From contig DUDM01000058.1 in assembly GCA_012959275.1 (NCBI GenBank), positions 367 through 61,153 on the forward strand: 60,787 nucleotides of DNA. The letters are read 5' to 3'. The notes under the pieces were generated by a model, which was not told the origin of the DNA, made no database searches, and saw nothing but the letters and a program-made list of their open reading frames with translations. This document shows positions 41,965 through 51,486 of the stretch, piece after piece (within the stretch, counting starts at the first letter, position 1; each line of letters begins with the position of its first letter). Source of the DNA: Candidatus Poseidoniales archaeon. GTDB taxonomy: Archaea; Thermoplasmatota; Poseidoniia; Poseidoniales; Poseidoniaceae. Position numbers and translations under genes: made by a program.

Positions 41965-44013
41965 ATGGTTGAACTACCGAGCGGGAGTATCGAAGAAACT
42001 CGTCGCGGAGGACCAGATGTACTACAGGTGATGGTCCAAGATATCGTTTCATCTTCAGCCGATGGCTACATCCGAAGTGAGCGCAGACCGGAATCGGGTT
42101 TACCCCGAATTGGATATCTTGTATTTCGAGAAGGGCAACCAGCGATGGCCTTACACGAAGGCGAAATCACACGCTTAGGATTGGATGCATTGATGGAATT
42201 AGAAGAGGATGCGATGAGTATTGAAGCCTTATTGACTTTGCACCAAGGAATTGATACTCGAACTATAATCGAATTACATTCAGAGGCAATCCTACATCTC
42301 GATAGAATTGAAGAAAGCAATCCTGATTCAACAAATGACACTCTCGCCGGAGAATGGTGGAATGAAGAAAAAATCCAAAGTTTGTCTTGGAGGAAAGCAA
42401 CCGACTTGCCTGACTTGATTCCTTCAATGCAGGCTCCTGAATTTATTCGGCGCATTGGAGAAGCGAGGATTGGGGGGCATTCTTCTGATGAGACTCTAAT
42501 GGGGGGGCATCTGCACTTAATCGATTGTCAAGAAATAAGTTTGGTTATGGAATTAGCGGGTGAACTAAACCGGCGAGGAAGGCCACTCATTTCAATTTCC
42601 AGATTACGTGTCGAAAAGCAATTGGAATTTTATCAAGAAGAAGGTAATACTTGTTTTTGGTTAGTAGAAAGGCCAGAAGATGCAGAGCATATCGGACCTT
42701 CTCTTGAAGGACTATTGAGACTCATCGAAGGCTGGCTCGAGGAGCACCGTTCCGCCGTCATCCTGTTCGATGGATTTGAATTCTTATCAGGAACCCACGG
42801 TGATAGCAGGACAATCGGTTTCTTGAGGCGCTTAGCAGACTTGGTCAGGGATAGTGACGACATCATGTTAATGCCAGTCACCCTCGATTCATGGGAGGAA
42901 ATAATTCAGAATCAATTATTGAGAGCAACCGACCCATTGTCAACCGAACTAATCGAGGAATGGTTGATTGACCCTGATGTTCTCGATGACCATCCTTTCA
43001 TGGAATTGGTATTGGATGATTCAGAAGCAGCAGCAGTTGAGTTTGCATTAAATCAAAAACTTGGCGTTGATGAAGAGGTTCCAATTCCAGAAGGTGAATC
43101 CCCTGTAATTGGAACGAGCAATGATACCTCGCTCGATGAATTAATGAAAGGGTGGGCAAAAGAATCGACGGTTCAAGAAGACGGAGTCTCAACAACTTCC
43201 AGCGCTGTAGAATGGACGCCTAGTTTCCATTCTGGAGCGACCGGTGAAGAAATTGTAGCAACCGAAGAGCATATCGAAGAGCAAGTTGAAGAAGAAGAGA
43301 TAGTGCAAATTGTCGATAAATCTATTCAGCCAAGACCAGCAGTGAAAAGAAAGAGGCGCGTAAAGAAATCGATTCCCAAAACAAATATCAGTCCTCAATC
43401 AATCCTCAAAGCAGTTGCAGCAAAAGAGGTTAGTATCGCTGAAAGCATTCCTGAAATGAATAGAATGTTAACAGATGAACTACGAGATGCATCTTGCAAT
43501 GCTACTGAAAAAGAATTAGAATTACCTGAAATTGAAAAGTCTGCTAGGGCTTTTCAAAAAGCCTTGGAAGCAGGAAGTGAACATGCAGGAACAAGGATTG
43601 ATTCAAGCAAGATTCCCGAATTAGTTGATGCTCAAAAAATAAAGACCCATGTAGATGAATGGAATGAAGCTGCAGAACAAAATAGGGCTAAGAATAATGC
43701 AGAATGGCCCCCTTATACTGATCTAGATGATGCCGTCTCCCAAAAATTGCAAGCAGCAACTGAGGCTGCAATCAATCCCCCTCATCTCGATGATAGCCGT
43801 GATCGGAAAACTATTGGCCCGATGAAAGCCAGACCGGGGTCAGAATTAAAAAACAAAATAAACACCAGCAAGGACCTCCAAGAAAGGCGGCAAAGAGCTA
43901 GTGACCCTGCGACGATTGAGAGAAGAGTAAGGGAAAAAGAAATGCAAGCCTATCGAGAATTTCAGATGGAAGGAAAGATATCCCGTGAAAATCTACCAGA
44001 GGTTGAGGACTAA
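41965..44013 (+). CDS. Multidomain protein: N-terminal DUF2226/PATAN-like domain, DUF835 (inactive KaiC-like ATPase), long charged tail
   Basis: GYIR...GYLVFREGQP; LISISR...CFWL...HIGPS.LE.L...AVILFDGFEFL...FLRRLADLV; no Walker A. Confidence 0.7.
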   Translation: MVELPSGSIEETRRGGPDVLQVMVQDIVSSSADGYIRSERRPESGLPRIGYLVFREGQPAMALHEGEITRLGLDALMELEEDAMSIEALLTLHQGIDTRTIIELHSEAILHLDRIEESNPDSTNDTLAGEWWNEEKIQSLSWRKATDLPDLIPSMQAPEFIRRIGEARIGGHSSDETLMGGHLHLIDCQEISLVMELAGELNRRGRPLISISRLRVEKQLEFYQEEGNTCFWLVERPEDAEHIGPSLEGLLRLIEGWLEEHRSAVILFDGFEFLSGTHGDSRTIGFLRRLADLVRDSDDIMLMPVTLDSWEEIIQNQLLRATDPLSTELIEEWLIDPDVLDDHPFMELVLDDSEAAAVEFALNQKLGVDEEVPIPEGESPVIGTSNDTSLDELMKGWAKESTVQEDGVSTTSSAVEWTPSFHSGATGEEIVATEEHIEEQVEEEEIVQIVDKSIQPRPAVKRKRRVKKSIPKTNISPQSILKAVAAKEVSIAESIPEMNRMLTDELRDASCNATEKELELPEIEKSARAFQKALEAGSEHAGTRIDSSKIPELVDAQKIKTHVDEWNEAAEQNRAKNNAEWPPYTDLDDAVSQKLQAATEAAINPPHLDDSRDRKTIGPMKARPGSELKNKINTSKDLQERRQRASDPATIERRVREKEMQAYREFQMEGKISRENLPEVED

Positions 44014-45929
44014 TGGGTAGTAGTAGTTTATCGGCGGCTGTTGACAAAGCAGTTAATGCACTTGGAGAGGCAAAATATCTACTTCTTTCAGGTGATGAGA
44101 AAACAAAAACGAAAGGAAGGCGGGGCAGTTTATTGGATATCTCATCTCCTGCTGCCCGCAATACTTCATCGATTATTTCAGAAAGAGTGCTTGGTCCCAA
44201 AACGGATGTCGATTGGAAAACAATAGATTTGATGCCTGACATGAGAGCATCTGCTGACCGAGAATTAAGCAATATAGTCAGTGAAAGGTTTGCTGCTATG
44301 AGATCAAGGATGGAATGGTTGGAAACTCCGAGTGGAGAAATACCTTCAAGAAGCGGCGATTCTGATACCGCCCTTGGATTCACAGAAGATGGTGAACCGA
44401 TTTGGAGAGAGGTCGTAGGTGAACACCGAAAACGGCTAATGGCATTGGAACCATCAAGCGTTGCTCACAATATTAAAACCATACAACCACAGGAAATAAT
44501 TGGCCCTGATTGGCCATCTCAAATCCCCAGCCATTCACCATATGATTTCGCAGGATTCCATGTCTGCCCAGAAAATTTGAGAGCAGCAAGAGCAGTTGAT
44601 ACCATTCTTGATGAGCCATGTAGCAGATGGAATCCCTTACTATTAGAAGGAGGGCATGGGACAGGGAAAAGCCACCTTCTTTGGGCCTGTGGTCAGCAAA
44701 TGAAACTACAAGACCCACTTCGTCAAGTCAGAATTTTGAATTCCAGTCAATGCTCGGACAAAAGGCCTGAAGGGTGGGAGAGAACTTTGACTTCGACCTC
44801 AATGCTGTTGGTAGATGATTTACATGAAATAAGCGATGCCAATCACCAAAACCTTGGAGAAATAATTGATTGGGCAATCAATGCTGGTTGTCAAGTGGTG
44901 ATAACCTCTAATGGATTTGAGCATCGCAAATTACCGCCATCTCGACTAAAGCATGTCTTAGTTGATTCAAGGTGGGTTTCGTTGAGGAGACCCCGAAAAG
45001 CCAGTCGAATGACATACCTGAGAGAAAGGTCTGCAACCAGACGTTTGCTCATCGATGATTCTGCACTTGCAGTTGTGGAGGAGTGCAGCCCAGGTGACTG
45101 GAGGTCTCTTTCACAATCGATTGAAGTTCTTGCCGAGAGTATTGAAAGAGGGGCTGCATTTGATTCAAGCGAAGATATTAGAAATATTTTCTCCACCATT
45201 CCTAATGAGCCTGAGGAACTCCATAGCGATGCTCAATTAGATTCTGCTTCACTTGCAACAGAGTTGATAGAAGAGGCCATTAAATCAGCAATTCATCTAC
45301 CATTGGAACCAGATATTACATTGGTTTCATCGATGCAAGAAATAGTTGATGATGATTATCAAGTTCCTGATTTAATGCCTGCAAATTCTGAAACTGCGGT
45401 CAAGAACCTCCTTGACAGACACCTCGGCGAAGAATTGCGGAGAATGTCAGAACCGGTAGGAGATGCTATCGGTGTACATGAAAGAGAGCGTCATTTTATT
45501 GATGAAAGACGTACTCCAAGTTCTGATGAAATGATTAAAGTCAAAAACGACCTATCCACTCTTGATTTGCAAATTGATGCAAAATTTGATCTGGCCTATC
45601 ACAAAGTCGCTGATGAAAAATCACAACTAATTACATTGCTAGATGAATTGCAATATCTATCTGAATCAATGATTAATGCAGGTGCAAGAGACCTTATTCG
45701 GATGGTTGACAGATTATATAACATCGAAATGCAATTGCATCAACTCGACCCAGAACGTTGGCCTGTTCCATCAATGCCGAAAAATAAGAGACGTGTGAGG
45801 CGGAAGATGCCTGAACCTGAAGTCGAGGAAACATTCAGCAGTCCACAGGCTGGAAACCGTTCTGTTGCAACGATTAGAACTTTGAGAATATTGCAACCAA
45901 CTACTGAACAGATTTCGGAGGAAGAGTAA
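44013..45929 (+). CDS. DnaA/Hda-family AAA+ ATPase lacking the DnaA domain IV HTH
   Basis: YDFAGFHVCPENLRA, WNPLLLEGGHGTGKSHLL, LLVDDLH, QVVITSN, RMTYLRER, GDWRSL follow DnaA domain III in order. Confidence 0.82.
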   Translation: MGSSSLSAAVDKAVNALGEAKYLLLSGDEKTKTKGRRGSLLDISSPAARNTSSIISERVLGPKTDVDWKTIDLMPDMRASADRELSNIVSERFAAMRSRMEWLETPSGEIPSRSGDSDTALGFTEDGEPIWREVVGEHRKRLMALEPSSVAHNIKTIQPQEIIGPDWPSQIPSHSPYDFAGFHVCPENLRAARAVDTILDEPCSRWNPLLLEGGHGTGKSHLLWACGQQMKLQDPLRQVRILNSSQCSDKRPEGWERTLTSTSMLLVDDLHEISDANHQNLGEIIDWAINAGCQVVITSNGFEHRKLPPSRLKHVLVDSRWVSLRRPRKASRMTYLRERSATRRLLIDDSALAVVEECSPGDWRSLSQSIEVLAESIERGAAFDSSEDIRNIFSTIPNEPEELHSDAQLDSASLATELIEEAIKSAIHLPLEPDITLVSSMQEIVDDDYQVPDLMPANSETAVKNLLDRHLGEELRRMSEPVGDAIGVHERERHFIDERRTPSSDEMIKVKNDLSTLDLQIDAKFDLAYHKVADEKSQLITLLDELQYLSESMINAGARDLIRMVDRLYNIEMQLHQLDPERWPVPSMPKNKRRVRRKMPEPEVEETFSSPQAGNRSVATIRTLRILQPTTEQISEEE

Positions 45930-46406
45930 TTGTCACGCAGTGGCTGGCGAAAAGAAAATGCATGGTGGCAGGAAGGGCTTCAATTCACATGTATTGAAGG
46001 CTGTGGAAAATGCTGCAATGAACCGGGTGGTATCGTTAATCTCTCTGTTGAAGATGCAAAAAAGTTGGCTCAATATTTTGAGATGACAACGAGTGATTGG
46101 TTAGAACGGGATTGTGTTCGTAAATTGGATGGCAAATGGGTCTTAAGAAGTAAAAAATCAGATGGTATCTGCATTTATCTCGATACAGAGATGAGTTGCA
46201 CAGTTTATTCGGCTAAACCAAATCAGTGTTCGGCATTCCCTTGGTGGGGTGAAAATTTGCGCAGCGAAAGAACTTGGAAAAAGACTGCTCGCACTTGCCC
46301 GGGTTTAGAAATTCACGAAGCGCCCATTATTCCTGGAGAAATTATTAGCAAGTGGGTAGAAGCAGATAGGCACTCGTCCAAAGGCTTTCGACACTTGCCA
46401 GAATAA
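45930..46406 (+). CDS. YkgJ-family (CxxCC) Cys-cluster Zn/Fe-binding protein
   Basis: FTCIEGCGKCC, CIYL, CTVYSAKPNQCSAFPWW, CPG; TTG start directly after the previous stop. Confidence 0.9.
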   Translation: MSRSGWRKENAWWQEGLQFTCIEGCGKCCNEPGGIVNLSVEDAKKLAQYFEMTTSDWLERDCVRKLDGKWVLRSKKSDGICIYLDTEMSCTVYSAKPNQCSAFPWWGENLRSERTWKKTARTCPGLEIHEAPIIPGEIISKWVEADRHSSKGFRHLPE

Positions 46407-46542
46407 AGTGACTTTCCTGCTGCGCGGGTAGGATACACTTGGTGCATTTGCCACACCTTCTTGAAATTAAAAGCATCAAACTCAACAAATATGCACCGTG
46501 CTTATACCAAAGAGGCAAGTCGGCGGGTGCGAGGCAAGGAAT

Positions 46543-47712
46543 ATGTCAGATGATAGAGATTCTAAGAAGGTGCTTTTGGAACTCACGGAAGAACATCTTG
46601 ACATCGGTATGCGGGGCATTCCAGTTGGTACCTGCAGAACAAGTTCGGTCAGTCCTGACGGAGGTGTTCATTACGTTGGCTACCCGATTGCAGCGGTAGC
46701 AGATAAGGACCCTGAAGATATTGTCTTCCTATTGTTCAACAAAAGGTTGCCTACTGAGGAAGAATCCATCGCATTTCGAAAAGATTTGTTTTCGAGAGCA
46801 ACAATTCCTAATGGTTTAGTAAATATGCTTGAGAACCTTCCCCGTGATGGCCATCCGATGGATTGGTTATCAATCGGAATTCATGCTCTTGGCATGTTGG
46901 GTAAAACCGAAGATTGGGAGGAGGATGCACTCAACCTTATTGCCCAAATGCCTTACTTGATGGCTGCTATTTTCAGAATCCGAGGAGGAAGGAGTGGAAG
47001 TTTGCCAGATGTTGATCCAAATGTCGGAATGGTTGAGGCATTTGTTGCAATGCTTGAACCTGAACCTGAGCAAGTCGCAAACATGGTCAAAGTTTTACGA
47101 ACATTTTTGGTGTTACACATGGACCATGGAGGAGGGAATCTCTCAACCTTTACCGGTAAAGCAGTCGCCAGCGGTCATGCTGACCTTTATGCATCAATGG
47201 CAGCAGCAATGAATGCTCTTTCAGGACCACTTCATGGTCGAGCCAATCAATCATGCCTTGAATTCGTTCAGAGAATCGGCACAAATGATCCAAAAAAGGT
47301 TGAAGAATTCGTCAGGACTGAATTAGCCGCTAAAAGACCAATATATGGTTTCGGCCATGCTGTCTTAAGGGTCGAAGACCCAAGGGCAACCTTCCAATTT
47401 TTATTAGGTGAGAAAATTTGCCCAGATGATGAATACTTCAGTATCATCCGAACTCTGCGAGAAGTCGCTCCAAGAGTGTTGAGGGAGAATCCGAGAATTA
47501 GTAACCCGAATGCAAATGTCGATATCGCATCTGGTACATTGTTAAACCATGTCGGCTTCAAAAAACCATCATACTATACCACCTTTTTCGGATGGGCAAG
47601 AGTGGTTGGAATTGGGGCTCAAATTGTCGATGAACGAACCATCGCACGCAATGGGAAGGGTATTCCAATCTATCGACCAAAGTACATTGCAATAGAGCAA
47701 GAATTAAAGTGA
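46543..47712 (+). CDS. gltA: Citrate synthase (or 2-methylcitrate synthase)
   Basis: HMDHGGGNLST, GPLHGRAN, GFGHAVLR, DPR, NANVD. Confidence 0.9.
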   Translation: MSDDRDSKKVLLELTEEHLDIGMRGIPVGTCRTSSVSPDGGVHYVGYPIAAVADKDPEDIVFLLFNKRLPTEEESIAFRKDLFSRATIPNGLVNMLENLPRDGHPMDWLSIGIHALGMLGKTEDWEEDALNLIAQMPYLMAAIFRIRGGRSGSLPDVDPNVGMVEAFVAMLEPEPEQVANMVKVLRTFLVLHMDHGGGNLSTFTGKAVASGHADLYASMAAAMNALSGPLHGRANQSCLEFVQRIGTNDPKKVEEFVRTELAAKRPIYGFGHAVLRVEDPRATFQFLLGEKICPDDEYFSIIRTLREVAPRVLRENPRISNPNANVDIASGTLLNHVGFKKPSYYTTFFGWARVVGIGAQIVDERTIARNGKGIPIYRPKYIAIEQELK

Positions 47713-47741
47713 TTATTTGTATTTCTGTGAAATGCTTGTAT

Positions 47742-49502
47742 TCAGGCTTCTTCCGCCCCACCACGCTTAATGGCATCTTCTTGCTTTGCTACTCTTGTTC
47801 CTTCTTCAACATCCACCCAGTGCATCATAGCAGTACCAACTAGAATCAAAAGAAGAATCGAAAATACAGCGACTCTATCATCCATAGTTGTGGAAACTAG
47901 GAAGTAGACCCATGGGCCAATTACACTCGCTGCTTTGCCAATGAAACCGAAGAATCCAAAAAATTCTGTGGCTCTAGTTTCGGGAACCATCATCCCGAAT
48001 ATTGAGCGAGCCAAGGCTTGACTTCCACCCATCACAATTCCCACTCCCAGTCCAAGGAAAAGCCATTGGCCATCAATTCCAAGACTCAAAGGCTTCCAAA
48101 CATTTTCTCTCAATGTTTCAGGCCAAGAATCCATTGTACCTTCACCAATTTGACTTGGGTGTTCTTTGCCATAAACTCGCTTTGGCCCAACTCCATCAGA
48201 AGCAGGCCCATCGGCGATGAAAAGCGTAAATTCAGTATCTTCGATAGCCGTAGATAAAAGTAGGATTTCGGAGGCGTTAATGCTAACTCCATTAGCAAGA
48301 CCCCATGTAGAATTCCATTTCCTATGAACTCCATCATCTTCCAAGTCTAACTCATGACCATCTATCACTGAAATCTCGTAAGTTTGGCCACTTTCGACCC
48401 AATTTGCACGATAGATGAAATCCTCTTCTGCATCGGGCTCTAATGCACAAAAACCTGTAGCCATAGAAATAATCAAACACCAACCTACCAAACTGACTAT
48501 CAGGGCTTTCTTGGTAGTGGTTTTTTCTGCCAAACGACTGAAGGCCATGGCGCTTGGGGCCGCAACAAATTGAATCATCAATATAACTACCATATTGGTA
48601 ATCATTGAAACACCGAGCACATCCCCTCCAAATGCTCCAGCGATTGCAAGCACTGTTTGAATTCCATCATTGAACATCAAGAAGGCGATTAAGTAAATCA
48701 CCAACATCTTGAACTTGGTCAATTCTCTAAATGTCTTCTTCAATTCCTTGAAAGCCATCTTAGTGATAGCAGCGGCTCTCATGCCCGTAATTGCATCTTT
48801 AATGACTGGTTCAGGAACATGCCTGAAGGTATAAACAGAAAATCCCCACCACCATATTCCAACTGATGCTAAAGATAACCTAATCATCAAATCAGAATTA
48901 TCAGTTGCCATCAGCAGGCCAAGATGAACCGCTAGTAATAGACCGCCACCAATGTAGCCATAGGCGAAACCGCGACTGCTGATATCATCCATCAATTCTT
49001 CATCTCCCATATAGGGGAGTAAAGCATTGTAAAACACATTGGCACCAGCAAAACCGGTATTCGCAACGAAGAAACAGAGTAGCAAAAATAACCAGTCATA
49101 ACCTCCAAAAAGGGCCGAAAAGAACATCATTACCGTTGCGCCTGCACCAACAATTGTATAGACTTTCAATAATTTCATCTTTATTTCCATTCGGTCTGCG
49201 ATAATCCCCAAAAGAGGAGATGATAATGCTACCAATAGGGTGGAAAAACCAACTACGAATGCCCACATCCCACTAGCAGAAAAGTTAGCAAAGAAAGAAT
49301 CTGGATTGTTTTTTAGAAATGTATTAATCAATGCCATAGCATAGATAGGAAGGATTGCAACTGTTATGCTCGTTGAAAAGGCAGAATTAGCCCAATCATA
49401 GACACACCAACCCTTGATTTTTTGCTTCTGTTCATCGGGGAGCCCCTTCATTTTCTGCTTAATGCTGACTGCGGTAGTTGTCTCAGTCATGCTGCTCTCC
49501 AA
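47742..49502 (-). CDS. MFS transporter, UMF1/Atg22-like family, with a large inserted loop
   Basis: WCVYDWANSAF, FYNALLP, GYIGGG, NDGIQT, GGSQALARS, EFFGFF. Start could be 49490. Confidence 0.9.
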   Translation of the reverse strand: MESSMTETTTAVSIKQKMKGLPDEQKQKIKGWCVYDWANSAFSTSITVAILPIYAMALINTFLKNNPDSFFANFSASGMWAFVVGFSTLLVALSSPLLGIIADRMEIKMKLLKVYTIVGAGATVMMFFSALFGGYDWLFLLLCFFVANTGFAGANVFYNALLPYMGDEELMDDISSRGFAYGYIGGGLLLAVHLGLLMATDNSDLMIRLSLASVGIWWWGFSVYTFRHVPEPVIKDAITGMRAAAITKMAFKELKKTFRELTKFKMLVIYLIAFLMFNDGIQTVLAIAGAFGGDVLGVSMITNMVVILMIQFVAAPSAMAFSRLAEKTTTKKALIVSLVGWCLIISMATGFCALEPDAEEDFIYRANWVESGQTYEISVIDGHELDLEDDGVHRKWNSTWGLANGVSINASEILLLSTAIEDTEFTLFIADGPASDGVGPKRVYGKEHPSQIGEGTMDSWPETLRENVWKPLSLGIDGQWLFLGLGVGIVMGGSQALARSIFGMMVPETRATEFFGFFGFIGKAASVIGPWVYFLVSTTMDDRVAVFSILLLILVGTAMMHWVDVEEGTRVAKQEDAIKRGGAEEA

Positions 49503-49595
49503 GCCTTGATGTACACCTCCAACAAATGAGTCTTCTGCTCAGCGTCCGGCTTGAGGTTCAATAACAAGACCCTGCATCAAATACCCGTTGATGGA

Positions 49596-50639
49596 ATGAC
49601 TTGGAGTCAGCCGACGGAGAATAGTGTCGCTTCTTTAGCCGAAGGCATAGAAAGATTCGATGGCGTTGAATTAGACCTCAGATTAACCTGTGACGGAGAA
49701 TTAGTTCTACATCATGATAGAGAACTAGCAGTTCAAGGCACCACGCAATTCGTTGAGGATTGTACTTTAGATGAAGTGAAATCCCATGGCTTTGACTCCT
49801 TTGATGACTTAATTTCCAACCGTCAATTTCTCAAATCATGGACCGAGGAAGCGAAATTTGTTTGTCTTGAATTGAAAGTCCCTCACCCTGCTTCAAAGGC
49901 AGGAGGAGGATGGATGAATGCAAAAAAACGGGTAACTCATTTGCAGACTATCATGGAAAATACAATAGAAAAAATCTCTAGTGCAGAAATTGACCCCAAT
50001 AACACTGTTTTCTATTCATTTCATAGTAAGGTTAACCAGGTTAACAATAAAATCGGGGGAGGATGGAATGCCTCTTCCCTAAGACCAGTTGTACCCCCAT
50101 ATGGCTCAGCATTTGTTCAAAAACTAATTTCATTACCTCAATTCATCTTTAATCCCTTATCGCGCCTGATTAGGCGTCAACAAAATTCAGGTTCCAAACT
50201 ATTACCCGTCGCCATAGAATATTTTGAAGGTTGGACGCGCCACCTTCCACTCGGTAGAGCTGGCTCACTACAAGGAAAAGGCCTCCAAAGATTTAACCGA
50301 TTGAGAAAGGGGTTGCCTGTTGTCGTTTGGCAAGTTGAAGAACGTCATGAAGAAATCCTACTCAATGCTGGGATGAGCCCGTTGACAGATGATGCTGACC
50401 CTTCCTCAGAGATTAGGAAAGATGGAACAAAGAGAAAATTCAGGCCTGCAACTATGCCCAACTCCAAGACGCCTTGGCATGAATTGAATGATTCCGAAAG
50501 AAAAGAACATATCTCAGAATGGAGGAAAAAGTGGAGTTGGGGAACTAGTCTTGACGTATTATCTAATCAATCAAGCAGCACTAGCCTCCCTTGGCAATCC
50601 ACTAGAATGCTTGGCCACCGAGGTTGTGGCAAAAACTAA
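49596..50639 (+). CDS. Glycerophosphodiester phosphodiesterase family protein, circularly permuted
   Basis: Begins TENS...GVELDLRLTCDGELVLHHD; the LGHRG motif is at the extreme C-terminus. Confidence 0.85.
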   Translation: MTWSQPTENSVASLAEGIERFDGVELDLRLTCDGELVLHHDRELAVQGTTQFVEDCTLDEVKSHGFDSFDDLISNRQFLKSWTEEAKFVCLELKVPHPASKAGGGWMNAKKRVTHLQTIMENTIEKISSAEIDPNNTVFYSFHSKVNQVNNKIGGGWNASSLRPVVPPYGSAFVQKLISLPQFIFNPLSRLIRRQQNSGSKLLPVAIEYFEGWTRHLPLGRAGSLQGKGLQRFNRLRKGLPVVVWQVEERHEEILLNAGMSPLTDDADPSSEIRKDGTKRKFRPATMPNSKTPWHELNDSERKEHISEWRKKWSWGTSLDVLSNQSSSTSLPWQSTRMLGHRGCGKN

Positions 50640-51445
50640 GTTTTTGAAGCACTGAATATTTTGTCTATTAACAATGCAACTTCAAACAATAAAAGCATTG
50701 GTGCAGCCACCAAAATCATCGATAATGGGTCTGGGGGGGAAAGCAATGCACCCATCACAATCGAGGCAAACCAAACATGCTTACGGTGGTTCCTGATAAC
50801 CCTTGATTCAACTGCCCCTGAACGTATTGCAACTAGAGTAACAAGTGGAGTTTGAAAGGCGATAAGGCCGGCAAAACACAAATTGATAATGAAGCCAATG
50901 AAGGCTGATAATCTCCAAGTTGTATCAAGTCCAGCAGCAGCAGCATCAGAAGCAAGGTACTCCAGTACCAAAGGAATGATGAAACTCAAAGTCCACCATT
51001 GAGAAAGGATTACCAAAAATAAGATTCCAGTCAGAGTCAATAATACAGCCAAACCGGGTTTAGGGATTTCCAAGTCTGCCTCGGCGATTCTTGCCTTCAC
51101 TGCTGGATGACGGAATCCATTCAAAGATGCATCGATAACCAATAATATAAAACCGATTGAGAGGCCAGCGAATGCAGCGATTCTAAGTTTTAATGCTAGC
51201 AATTCAATCGGGGAAAGGATGACTACATCGGTGCCTTCTGGAACAAAGCCCGAACCTTCAACCAACCATGAAATCACGGTGCCTGCGAATGGAAATGCCA
51301 ACATAAATCCAAACAAAAAAAGGCTGAATAGAATATACATTCTGTTCTTCAAATGATGACGGATGGATACTAATATCTGCCCACCGGGGCTTTCGAGTAA
51401 ATCCCTCGTGGAATCCTCAAGACTTTGCTCCTCTGGAACAGCCAT
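50636..51445 (-). CDS. tatC: Twin-arginine translocase subunit TatC
   Basis: LSPIE, FQTP, RKHVW, LSPPDPLSMILVAAPMLLLFE. Confidence 0.9.
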   Translation of the reverse strand: MAVPEEQSLEDSTRDLLESPGGQILVSIRHHLKNRMYILFSLFLFGFMLAFPFAGTVISWLVEGSGFVPEGTDVVILSPIELLALKLRIAAFAGLSIGFILLVIDASLNGFRHPAVKARIAEADLEIPKPGLAVLLTLTGILFLVILSQWWTLSFIIPLVLEYLASDAAAAGLDTTWRLSAFIGFIINLCFAGLIAFQTPLVTLVAIRSGAVESRVIRNHRKHVWFASIVMGALLSPPDPLSMILVAAPMLLLFEVALLIDKIFSASKT

Positions 51446-51486
51446 CAAGTCAACCGGAGCAGGTAGTTCACATCAAATCGACGGAA

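Noticed and set aside
46516-46528. 13-mer CAAGTCGGCGGGT shared by the citrate synthase and metK (12310-12322) upstream regions
   Set aside because: Exact match, but repeated 13-mers are expected by chance in 60 kb, and there are only two instances at different distances from the start codon.
41838-46540. Bacterial-style oriC next to the DnaA-like gene
   Set aside because: No cluster of TTATCCACA-like boxes or AT-rich unwinding element in the short flanking gaps, and the protein lacks domain IV.
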